A stretch of 64,000 nt of DNA from Candidatus Hadarchaeota archaeon. GTDB taxonomy: Archaea; Hadarchaeota; Hadarchaeia; Hadarchaeales; WYZ-LMO6. A program made the translations under genes and the position numbers. The notes under the pieces were generated by a model. That model did not search any database. It was not told where the DNA came from and saw only the letters and a list, made by a program, of their open reading frames with translations. Position 1 is the first letter of the stretch, and every line of letters begins with the position of its first letter. Shown one piece after another: positions 37,810 to 46,082 of this stretch. The stretch lies in the NCBI GenBank assembly GCA_964509845.1, contig CAZDZG010000001.1, positions 4,078-68,077 of the forward strand, written 5' to 3'.

Positions 37810-38480
37810 CCCACCCTTTTGTACCTCCCCGTCCTCACCTCAAAGATCTCCCCCTCATCCAGCAGGGCCAGCAGCAGGTCCTCCAGTTCCTTCCTGTCTA
37901 TGCCCAGCTCCCTCCTTAGTTCTTCCTCCCCCACTCCCTCCCCCCTGTCCAGCCTGTCCAGGACCTCCAGGGCCCTCCTCTTCAGCTCCTCCGGAACCTG
38001 GGGGAGCTCGAACCCCTCCACCTCCTCCACCTCAACTTCCTCAGGGGGCTTCGCGGGGAGCCTCCTGGGCCTTATTCCCTTCTCCAGGGCCTTCCTCCTG
38101 GACAGCAGGATCTCCAGCTCCCTCACCACCTCCCAGTTGGGATCCTTGACCCTGAGCAAGAGGTGCGGTACCAGGTACCTCTCCCCCAGGTACTCCTTCA
38201 CCCTCCCGATCACATCCACCAGCTCCCCCACCCTCAGCTCCGCCAGCTCCTTGGCCCCCTCCCCCCAGCCCCTCAGGGCGATCACTCCCGTCCCATCGTC
38301 CAGGTAAACGGTGCAGTACTCCCCATCCTCCCTCAACCACCTCTCCACCACCGTTCCCATCACCCTGACCCTCGAGACCTTCCTCCCCCAGGGCGTGAGC
38401 AGGTAGGGAAGCCCCTCCTCCGAGACAACGTACTCACCCTGCAGCAGCTCTTCCACCTTCACCTTGTAAGCCGAGGTCAC
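37806..38480 (-). CDS. OB-fold nucleic-acid-binding protein with a C-terminal winged-helix-like domain (RPA2-like, tentative)
   Basis: OB-fold-like RVRVMGTVVE...VDVIGRV pattern and an acidic/basic C-terminal domain. Confidence 0.3.
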   Translation of the reverse strand: MTSAYKVKVEELLQGEYVVSEEGLPYLLTPWGRKVSRVRVMGTVVERWLREDGEYCTVYLDDGTGVIALRGWGEGAKELAELRVGELVDVIGRVKEYLGERYLVPHLLLRVKDPNWEVVRELEILLSRRKALEKGIRPRRLPAKPPEEVEVEEVEGFELPQVPEELKRRALEVLDRLDRGEGVGEEELRRELGIDRKELEDLLLALLDEGEIFEVRTGRYKRVG

Positions 38481-38518
38481 CGTAAAGTATAGGGTCGGCC
38501 TTTATTTGATACTTTTGT

Positions 38519-39067
38519 ATGGGATCCTTTTTCCAGCTGCCTGAGCTGGGGAAGTGGGTGGGCCTGGCCGGGGGCAGGAGGAAGCCGGGACCGGTGGAGG
38601 AGGTGCTGGAGAAACTCAGGGTGGCGGACGGCAGGTGGGGGACTACCACCCAGGCCTTCGATGCCCGCAGGGTGGCGGGGAGAGTGCACCTGGCCCACGC
38701 CGCCAGGCTGGCCCTTCTTTTCCATTCCAGGGGCTCGGGCTTCGCCGATTCGCTGGCGGCGGAACTCGTTTGCTGGACGGCGGCGGACAGGCAGATAAGG
38801 AGGGCCCTGGAGCGGGTGGGACTGAGGGAGGACTCAAGGACGGTGGCCCTCGTTTCGGTGGGTGAGAGGAGGGAGAGCGTGGAGGGGGCGCTGGGGGAGA
38901 TCTTCGGGACGGGGGTGGTGAGGAGGGAGGACGGGGTGATGGAACTCTCCCCCTCCAAGCGAAAGGCCCTCCTCGAAGCCTTCTCCCTCTCACCCTCGCT
39001 GGTCAGGAAGATGGGACTTGAGAGGCTGGTGCTGGAGAAGGTGGCCCTTCTCGCTCTGGAGCGATAG
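38519..39067 (+). CDS. cgi121: KEOPS subunit Cgi121-like
   Basis: FDARRVAGRVHLAHAARLAL...RQI matches the Cgi121 core pattern, recalled from memory. Confidence 0.5.
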   Translation: MGSFFQLPELGKWVGLAGGRRKPGPVEEVLEKLRVADGRWGTTTQAFDARRVAGRVHLAHAARLALLFHSRGSGFADSLAAELVCWTAADRQIRRALERVGLREDSRTVALVSVGERRESVEGALGEIFGTGVVRREDGVMELSPSKRKALLEAFSLSPSLVRKMGLERLVLEKVALLALER

Positions 39068-40223
39068 CCTTCCTGCACATCTCCGCAAACCTCTGGAGGG
39101 CCCGGTAGGTGCCCCTGACCACCAGCAGGTCCCCGGCCCTCAGCCTCTCCCCCAGCTTGGGCTCGAAGAGATACCTGTTCTTCCTCTCTATCGCCATCAC
39201 ATCCACACCCACGCTGGTTTCCAGGTTCAGCTGTCTCAGGGCCTTTCCCACCAGCGGGGAGCCCTCCTCCACCCTCATCCTCGCCACCTGTTCGTCCGCC
39301 CTGGAGAGGGCCTCCGCAAAGACGGGATGGAGCTTCTCCCCCCTGAGCACCACGTCGGCTATGCCATCCGCCGCATCCGAGATCTTCTCCAGGCACTTCA
39401 CCACCTGCAGAAGGCTGTTTATGCCCCTCAGATCCTGTTCCCTCCTGCAGCTCTTCAGGGCCTCGAGCCAGAGGTGGTAGTTGAACTGATCGAACCTCTC
39501 CTCCAATCTTCGAACCTCCTCCGCCAGTTCCCTAGAGGTGAAGAGAACGGAGGAGTAGGCCAGGTCCACCATCATACTGCTGAGATCGTACATCCTGGCC
39601 AGCCACCACTCCAGTCTCGAAGGTCTCTCCGTTTTCGTCCATTCCTTCTTGGAGCCGCCCAGCTTGAAGAAGACGGAGAGCCCCGCCTTCGGTCCCCTGG
39701 CCACCAACAGGTCCCCGGCCTTCAGCTCCATGTCCGGGGAAGGGGGAATGAACCACTCTTTGCCCCTCTTCAGGGAAAGGATCCTGACCCCTATTCTGGA
39801 GGGAAGCTCCAGCTCCTCCAGCTTCTTGTGGAGCAGGGCTGAGCCCTCCCCCACCTCCAGCTGTTGGATTTTCTCCTCACAGAGGAGGAGGGCCCTTTTG
39901 AGGGAGGGATGAATGTCCATTCCCCTGAGGACCAGATCCACCATATCATCCGTCGCGTTGGAGATGGTCTCAGCCGAGCTGGCTATCTGCAACACCCCGG
40001 CGATCTTCCTGGCATCCTCCGGATTGCGGGCTGCCAGCACCGCCATCGTTCGAATCTCGTACATCAGCCCGTCCATTCTAACCTCCAGCTCCCTGACTCT
40101 CTCAGCCAGTTCCCGGTTCTCGAACAAGAGGGAGGCCTTGGCTAAATCCATCATCCAGTCGGAGGTATTTTTCATCTCCGTAAGCAGCACGCGTACGCTA
40201 CGTGGTTCCTCCCTTTCTGCCAT
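39003..40223 (-). CDS. Tandem PhoU-like / TrkA-C (RCK C-terminal) domain protein (COG3273-like)
   Basis: Two repeats of a helical PhoU-like segment followed by a TrkA-C-like beta domain (GDLLVARG, GDLLVVRG). Confidence 0.45.
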   Translation of the reverse strand: MAEREEPRSVRVLLTEMKNTSDWMMDLAKASLLFENRELAERVRELEVRMDGLMYEIRTMAVLAARNPEDARKIAGVLQIASSAETISNATDDMVDLVLRGMDIHPSLKRALLLCEEKIQQLEVGEGSALLHKKLEELELPSRIGVRILSLKRGKEWFIPPSPDMELKAGDLLVARGPKAGLSVFFKLGGSKKEWTKTERPSRLEWWLARMYDLSSMMVDLAYSSVLFTSRELAEEVRRLEERFDQFNYHLWLEALKSCRREQDLRGINSLLQVVKCLEKISDAADGIADVVLRGEKLHPVFAEALSRADEQVARMRVEEGSPLVGKALRQLNLETSVGVDVMAIERKNRYLFEPKLGERLRAGDLLVVRGTYRALQRFAEMCRKAIAPEREGPPSPAPASQVPSS

Positions 40224-40272
40224 ACCCCTTCTTCACCTTTTTCCTGAAACCCGGGAAATAAAGGCTTTGGGC

Positions 40273-41394
40273 TCAGGTCTCCAGGTTCAGTCCCAGCCTC
40301 CTGGCCTCCTCCACCGCCCTTTCGAATTCCTCGGCGGTGATGGGACGGTTTATCTCGGGATACTGGCTTGCTTTGTAACAGGGGCGGTACTGGGCCATCA
40401 CGTTGACCCTCACCCTGTCCCCCAGCTTCTCCGCTATCCACCTCAGAACCGGAAAGGTGCAGCACTCCAGGTGCCCGGGCATCACCAGGTGCCTTATGAG
40501 GACCTCGGCATCGAGGAAGGCCGTCAGGTGATTTCTGGTCACCGTCTCCCAGTACCTGGGAATTCCGGAATACTTTTTGGCGCACCGGTCGTTCCCCCAC
40601 TTGAAGTCGGTCAGGTAGATGTCCTGGGTTCCCTTCAGGAGCTCCGCACTTTCGGAGCTGTAGTAGAGGTTGGAGTTCCAGACCGAACTAAGGGGGGTCT
40701 CGCACTCCCTTAGGGTTTCCAGGATGAGGAGGAGGTGCGGATCGGGGTTTCCCCCCACGAAGTTCACGTTCCTGGCACCCTCCCTGGCCGCCTTGGCTAT
40801 GAGGGTGGAGAGCTCCTTGGGCGAGAGTTCGGTCCCCTCCTCCGGATACTGGGAGATGTCCCAGTTCTGGCAGAAGCAGCAGCGAAAGGAACATCCGGAG
40901 AAGAAGATGGTATAGGAGGGCACGAGCTCGCTCTCCTCCCCGTAATGCATGAACTCGGAAGCCACCCTGGACCTCGTGACCCCGCAGAATCCCCTTTCCC
41001 CCTCGAGGCGGTTGACACCGCAGCGGTGCTCGCACAGCCTGCAGGAGGAGAGGAGGCGGCGGCAGAGCTCCACCTTGAGGTCCAGCAGGGAGGGGGTGGG
41101 CCTGGGCAGGTCCTCCAGCCCTATCTTTCCCCCGTCCAGGAGGGCCAGCTTTTCCCTGAACTCCTCCAGGCATTCCCGGTGCAGCTCCCAGAGCTTTTCC
41201 TCCTCCCATGAGGCCCGGAAGGGGGCGGGGATCCTCTTGCATAGGAGGAAGCGCGGGGGGAGCTCCCTCCTCATCACCCTGAAGTACCTGGGAAAGGCCC
41301 GCTTGGCCCCCTCATCCCTCAAGACGGAGAGGGCATCCGGCCTGAGGATCTTCCACACCATCCCTCCTCCCCTAAAACTTATAAAAGCCCTCAA
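40273..41394 (-). CDS. PflX-type radical SAM protein (pyruvate formate-lyase activating enzyme homologue, COG1313)
   Basis: CSFRCCFCQN radical SAM motif plus additional Cys clusters. Confidence 0.7.
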   Translation of the reverse strand: MRAFISFRGGGMVWKILRPDALSVLRDEGAKRAFPRYFRVMRRELPPRFLLCKRIPAPFRASWEEEKLWELHRECLEEFREKLALLDGGKIGLEDLPRPTPSLLDLKVELCRRLLSSCRLCEHRCGVNRLEGERGFCGVTRSRVASEFMHYGEESELVPSYTIFFSGCSFRCCFCQNWDISQYPEEGTELSPKELSTLIAKAAREGARNVNFVGGNPDPHLLLILETLRECETPLSSVWNSNLYYSSESAELLKGTQDIYLTDFKWGNDRCAKKYSGIPRYWETVTRNHLTAFLDAEVLIRHLVMPGHLECCTFPVLRWIAEKLGDRVRVNVMAQYRPCYKASQYPEINRPITAEEFERAVEEARRLGLNLET

Positions 41395-41415
41395 AAAAGG
41401 AAAACTTCGGTAAGG

Positions 41416-42303
41416 ATGATAGTGGTGGGGGGAAGGGCCTCGCAGAAGCTTTCCTGGGAGATAGCCAGGGAGCTGAACTGCCGGTTCTCCCAGCCCGAAG
41501 TTAAATCGTTTCCGGATGGGGAGCTTTACGTGAGAATACCGGACGATCTCTCAGGGGAGGAGGTGATCGTGGTCCAGTCCACCCCTCCCCCCCAGAACGA
41601 AAACCTGATGGAGCTCTTCCTCCTTCTGGAGGCCGCCTCGGAGCAGGGGCCCCGTTCCCTCAAGGCCGTGGTGCCCTATCTCGCTTACGCTCGGCAGGAC
41701 AAGATCTTCAAGAAGGGTGAGGCCCTCAGCCTCAAGCTGATCTCCAGCTTCATCGAGAAGGCGGGGGCCCAGGAAGTGGTGGTGGTGGACATTCACGAGA
41801 GGGAATCCCTCTCCTACTTCTCCGTTCCCGTGAAGAACCTGACGGCGGCGCCCGCTCTCGGCAGGTACTTCAGGGGTATGAACCTCAAGGACCCCCTCTT
41901 CCTGGGTCCCGACGAGAAGGCGGCGAAGCAGGCGAGCCTGGCGGCCAGGGAGCTGGGGGCTTCCTACGATTCCTTGGAGAAGGAACGGCTCAGTCCAGAG
42001 CTGGTGGTCACCTCGGAGAAGAGACTCCAGGTCAAGGACAGGGATGCCGTGATCATCGATGACATCATAAGCACGGGTGGAACCATCGTGGAGGCGGCCA
42101 AGATTCTGAAGAAAAGTGGGGCCCGCAGGATCTTCGCAGCCTGTACCCACCCCGTGCTCTCGGCCAACGCCCTGGAGAGGATGAGGGCGGCGGGCGTGGA
42201 GGCGGTGGTGGGCACCAACACCATCGAGAACTCCCACAGCCTGGTGTCGGTGGCACCCATCATAGCGGAGGGGCTGAGGCAGAGCTCTCTGGAGGTTTAT
42301 TAG
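41416..42303 (+). CDS. prs: Ribose-phosphate pyrophosphokinase
   Basis: PRPP-synthetase pattern (FPDGE...DDIISTGGT). Confidence 0.9.
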   Translation: MIVVGGRASQKLSWEIARELNCRFSQPEVKSFPDGELYVRIPDDLSGEEVIVVQSTPPPQNENLMELFLLLEAASEQGPRSLKAVVPYLAYARQDKIFKKGEALSLKLISSFIEKAGAQEVVVVDIHERESLSYFSVPVKNLTAAPALGRYFRGMNLKDPLFLGPDEKAAKQASLAARELGASYDSLEKERLSPELVVTSEKRLQVKDRDAVIIDDIISTGGTIVEAAKILKKSGARRIFAACTHPVLSANALERMRAAGVEAVVGTNTIENSHSLVSVAPIIAEGLRQSSLEVY

Positions 42304-42325
42304 TTCCCTCCCCCAGGGGTGAAGG

Positions 42326-43348
42326 GTGAGGCTGGTTTTCCTTCTCTCCGGTGAGCACCGGGAGCTACCTAGCGCCGAGGTCATGGCCGCCCTTCAGGCG
42401 GAGGGGGTTGCGGCCAGGGTGCTGGAAAGGTGGGACCAGGTTCTGGTGGTGGAGGCGGAAAACCCCGATCCCTTCGTCCTGGCCTCCAGACTGGGGATGT
42501 CGCACGAAGTCTGGATGCACCTATGCACCGCGCCCGCAGGGGAGCTGCTGGAAGCGGTCTCAAGCACGGATGTGGTGGACCTCCTCCCCCACGGCAAGAG
42601 CCTGGCGGTGAGGGTGCGGAGGGTGAAGGGGGCCTCCCCCCAGCTCAGGAGCGAGGGCCTCGCCAGGCAGTTGGCTGAGCTGATAGGGAGGGAGGTGAAG
42701 TTCAAGGTGGACCTGAAGAGACCCGAGAAGGAGGTGGGGGTGGTACTCACGGAGGGGGTGGGGGTGGTGGGGATAAAGCTGGCAAATACGGCCAGGGGGG
42801 AGATGTGGAGAAGGAGACCGAAACACAGGAAGGCCTTCCATCCCAGCACCCTATCCCCTTCCCTGGCCAGGTGCCTGGTCAACCTGGCCAGGGCACCCAG
42901 GCATGGCACCCTGCTGGACCCTTTCTGCGGGGTGGGGGGGATCCTGATAGAGGCCGGCCTCATGGGAATGAGGGTGATAGGAGTGGATCTGAATCCCGAA
43001 ATGGTGGAGAAGGCCAGGCTTAACCTGGAGAGCTACGGGATAAAGGAGTTCAGGGTGGAGGTGGGAGATGCCTGCCAGTGGAGGGGGGAGAAGGTGGAGG
43101 CGGTGGCCACGGATCCCCCTTACGGAAGGCAGGCGAGCACGGGGGGGAAGAAACTGGAGGAGCTCTATCCGATGGCCCTCCAGGCCATGGCGGACGTGCT
43201 GAAGAGGGGCAGGTACCTCTGCCTCACCTCTCCCTCCCATCTGGAGCTGGGGGAGATGGCCCTGAAAGCGGGCCTGAAGGAAAAGGAAAGGTATGAGCAG
43301 AGGGTGCACCGGAGCCTCACCAGGAGAATCTACGTCTTCAGGAGGTGA
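42326..43348 (+). CDS. tRNA (guanine10-N2)-methyltransferase (Trm11/Trm-G10 homologue; THUMP plus SAM methyltransferase)
   Basis: DPFCGVGG SAM motif and DPPYG catalytic motif, with an N-terminal THUMP-like region. Confidence 0.65.
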   Translation: MRLVFLLSGEHRELPSAEVMAALQAEGVAARVLERWDQVLVVEAENPDPFVLASRLGMSHEVWMHLCTAPAGELLEAVSSTDVVDLLPHGKSLAVRVRRVKGASPQLRSEGLARQLAELIGREVKFKVDLKRPEKEVGVVLTEGVGVVGIKLANTARGEMWRRRPKHRKAFHPSTLSPSLARCLVNLARAPRHGTLLDPFCGVGGILIEAGLMGMRVIGVDLNPEMVEKARLNLESYGIKEFRVEVGDACQWRGEKVEAVATDPPYGRQASTGGKKLEELYPMALQAMADVLKRGRYLCLTSPSHLELGEMALKAGLKEKERYEQRVHRSLTRRIYVFRR

Positions 43349-43351
43349 AGG

Positions 43352-44269
43352 GTGAACCTGACCCTGATCTTCCTGGGAACGGGGGGGAGTCTCCCCTCCT
43401 CCCGGGCCCTTCCCAGTCTTGCCCTCAAGAGAGGGGGAGAGCTCCTCCTCTTCGACTGCGGGGAGGGAACGCAGGCGCAGATGCTCAAGGCGGGCCTAAG
43501 CCCCCTGAAGGTGGGCTCGATCTTCATCTCCCACCTCCACGGGGACCACTTCCTGGGCCTCGCCGGTTTGGTCCAGACCATGTCCCTGCTGGGAAGGGAG
43601 GAGCCATTGACCATCTACGTCCCCAGCGGGGAGGGGGAGAGGGTGGAAACTCTCCTCAGGCTCCCCCGCTACACCCCCACCTTTGAGCTGGAGGTGAGGG
43701 AGCTGGCGGGAGGGGAGGAGGTGAGGAGGGAAGGTTACCGGATCCTCACCTCTTCCACCGTACACGGGGTGGAGGGCCTGGCCTTTTCCCTGGAGGAGTT
43801 CCCCAGACCGGGAAGGCTGGATCCCAAGAGGGCCGTGGAGCTGGGCCTGAGCCCAGGACCGGTCTTTTCCCAGCTAAAGGCTGGGAAGCCCGTCCACCTT
43901 CCGGGCGGGAGGGAGATAAGGCCCGAGGAGGTGGTGGGCCCTCCCCTGCCCGGCAGAAAGGTGGTCTACGCCGTCGACACCAGGCCCTGCGAGGAGGTGG
44001 TGGCCCTGGCCAGGGGTGCGGATGTGCTGGTGCACGACGCCATGTTCGAGGAGGAGCAGGGAGAAAAAGCGAAGGAAAGGGGGCACTCCACCTCGGCCGA
44101 GGCGGCCTGGGTGGCCAGGGAGGCGGGGGTCAAGCTGCTCGTCCTCACCCACATAAGCCCCCGGTACAGGGAGAGCTCTCGCCTTTTGGAGCAGGCGAGA
44201 AGGATTTTCCCCAACACGGTGGTGGCGGAGGACCTCATGGTGCTGGAGGTCCCGCTGGCGGGCGGTTGA
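43352..44269 (+). CDS. rnz: Ribonuclease Z (tRNA 3'-processing endonuclease)
   Basis: HxHxDH motif (HLHGDH); GTG start. Confidence 0.85.
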   Translation: MNLTLIFLGTGGSLPSSRALPSLALKRGGELLLFDCGEGTQAQMLKAGLSPLKVGSIFISHLHGDHFLGLAGLVQTMSLLGREEPLTIYVPSGEGERVETLLRLPRYTPTFELEVRELAGGEEVRREGYRILTSSTVHGVEGLAFSLEEFPRPGRLDPKRAVELGLSPGPVFSQLKAGKPVHLPGGREIRPEEVVGPPLPGRKVVYAVDTRPCEEVVALARGADVLVHDAMFEEEQGEKAKERGHSTSAEAAWVAREAGVKLLVLTHISPRYRESSRLLEQARRIFPNTVVAEDLMVLEVPLAGG

Positions 44270-44270
44270 G

Positions 44271-44666
44271 GTGTCCCCAGGAAAGGGTCCCTCCCTCAAA
44301 CTTCTCCTCTGGTTCCTCCCGGTGGTCGACCTCTTCACCCTTCCCCGCATCCTCGGGTACTACGCCGCGAGGGGCATCCGCGTTCCCAGACCCCATGCCT
44401 TACTGGCCATGGTCGAGCGGTGGGCGGGTTACCTCCCGTTGGGCCTCCTGCTGGGACGCTGGCTCGGCCCCCTCCCCTCCCTCCTTCTTTTCCTGGCCGG
44501 GATGGGCCTGGGAGGACCGCTGGAGCTCCTCCTCATGCGGAGGGGGAGGACCCCCTGGGGCTTCCTGAGGGGAAAGGAGGGGACCCTGTTGCTGAGGGTC
44601 TTCCTGCTGGAGGGCTACAATGCACTGGGTTACTTCTCGCTGGGCCTCCTCCTCTCCCTGCTATAA
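44271..44666 (+). CDS. Hypothetical small membrane protein
   Basis: Hydrophobic ORF contiguous with rnz; weak support. Confidence 0.25.
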   Translation: MSPGKGPSLKLLLWFLPVVDLFTLPRILGYYAARGIRVPRPHALLAMVERWAGYLPLGLLLGRWLGPLPSLLLFLAGMGLGGPLELLLMRRGRTPWGFLRGKEGTLLLRVFLLEGYNALGYFSLGLLLSLL

Positions 44667-45080
44667 CCCCCTGAGCTCCTCCAGCGAGACCTCCCTCTGC
44701 TCCTTGCTGGTGGTGCTCGGTGCCAGGTAGTCCACCACCAGCCCGGGATCCGAGGCCTCTATGACCACCTTGATGGGGCCCAGTGGGGTCTCCCCCTCCG
44801 TGAAGCTGACCCTCCCCACGAAGGCCGACTGCTTGTTGAGCCAGAACTCCAGCCTGCCCTCTCCCCTACCCCTCAGGAGGACGGCCCTGGAGGCATCCCT
44901 TATGGCCTGCAGGCGCAGGAGCTCCTTGAGGTGGGAGAGGACGGAGGGATCCTCCGAACCACCAACCACCTCCCCTTCCCTCCTCTCCAGGGGGAGGGAG
45001 GGGAAGAGGTTCTTGAGGGCCCTTTCCACCTTGGAGGGATCCTCGCTCGGCTTGACCTCAGCCCTGACCAGGATCCTCAT
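44661..45080 (-). CDS. UPF0201-family (DUF54-like) protein
   Basis: MRILVRAEVKPSEDPSKVERAL N-terminal pattern; adjacent to a UPF0200-type kinase as in other archaea (from memory). Confidence 0.4.
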   Translation of the reverse strand: MRILVRAEVKPSEDPSKVERALKNLFPSLPLERREGEVVGGSEDPSVLSHLKELLRLQAIRDASRAVLLRGRGEGRLEFWLNKQSAFVGRVSFTEGETPLGPIKVVIEASDPGLVVDYLAPSTTSKEQREVSLEELRGL

Positions 45081-45630
45081 GGGCCAGAAGCCCCCTGAAA
45101 AGCTCCAGGGCTTTTTCCCGCAGCTCCTCCAAGCTCCCCTCGTTCAGAAGGAGGTGGTCGGCGAGGGAGAGGACCTCCCCCACCCCCCACCTCAGCTCCC
45201 TCCTGTCCTTTTCCAGGAAGCTCTCATAGCTCCTAGCATCATCCTCCCTTCCCCTGGAGAGCACCCTGGAGTACCTCAGCCTGGGATTGGCCCAGACCGC
45301 CACCACCACCAACCCCTCCCCGAAGGCCTTCCTGAACTCCTCCACCTCCTCGGGGGATCTGAGACCGTCCACCACCACCACCCCCCTCTCCCCGAGCTTC
45401 TCCCTTATGAGGGGAAGGTTGAGCTTGGCCACCGCCCCCCTACCCATCCTCTCCCTGAGCAGGTCTGCCACCCTCCCCACGTTCTCCTCGTTCACCTGCA
45501 GTCCCCTCCTCCTGGTCTCCTCGATCACCGCCTCCCCCATCCGGATGCAGGGGATTCCCAGGGAAAGGGCCACGCGGGCCACCTCCGTCTTGCCCGCCCC
45601 CTGGAGACCCACCAGCCCCACCACCCTCAA
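45058..45630 (-). CDS. P-loop nucleotide kinase of the UPF0200 / dephospho-CoA-kinase-like family
   Basis: GLQGAGKTE Walker A; ~190 aa. Confidence 0.55.
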   Translation of the reverse strand: MRVVGLVGLQGAGKTEVARVALSLGIPCIRMGEAVIEETRRRGLQVNEENVGRVADLLRERMGRGAVAKLNLPLIREKLGERGVVVVDGLRSPEEVEEFRKAFGEGLVVVAVWANPRLRYSRVLSRGREDDARSYESFLEKDRRELRWGVGEVLSLADHLLLNEGSLEELREKALELFRGLLAHEDPGQG

Positions 45631-45643
45631 GGACTCCCCCCTT

Positions 45644-45946
45644 CTATGGAGTCCCCCGATCGGTCTCCTCCTGGGAGAGGGGGAGGATGGTGATCTCGTC
45701 CTTGTGCTTGAGCCTGGTGTGGATCCCCGGCAGGGGTCTCACGGGGCGGTTGTTGAGCAAAACCTGACAGCTGCTACTCAGCTCCCCCGTCGTGGGGTCC
45801 AGAACGCTCTCCACCACCGAGGGGTGCCTCCTGCCCAGTTTCATGAGGAGGGAGTCCAGGGTTTCCTCCTCGTCTATCGGTATCCTTATGTTTCCAGTTC
45901 CGGCTCTCTTGCTGAGCTCCCCCTGTAGGTTAACCACCACATACAT
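45644..45946 (-). CDS. MoaD/ThiS-like beta-grasp (ubiquitin-fold) protein lacking a C-terminal Gly-Gly
   Basis: VLLNNRPVRPLPGIHTRLKHKDEITILPLS resembles the MoaD C-terminal half but the protein ends ...SQEETDRGTP. Confidence 0.45.
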   Translation of the reverse strand: MYVVVNLQGELSKRAGTGNIRIPIDEEETLDSLLMKLGRRHPSVVESVLDPTTGELSSSCQVLLNNRPVRPLPGIHTRLKHKDEITILPLSQEETDRGTP

Positions 45947-45994
45947 CCTGTCGCCTGGGGTTTTGGGGCGCTTCTTCGTCCAGACACCCTCGGA

Positions 45995-46008
45995 TTTTTA
46001 ATTAAAAA
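45995..46008. promoter_or_regulatory. Perfect AT palindrome TTTTTAATTAAAAA in the divergent promoter region upstream of the arg cluster
   Basis: Seen directly; about 75-88 nt upstream of the argG2 ATG, with a TATA-like CCTATATG further downstream. Confidence 0.35.
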
Positions 46009-46082
46009 CGGTCTCTCCCGTTAAAAAACTTCCTTCTCAGCCCCAAAGCCTATATGCTGGGGAGTGGAAAAGGGGGGGTCAC

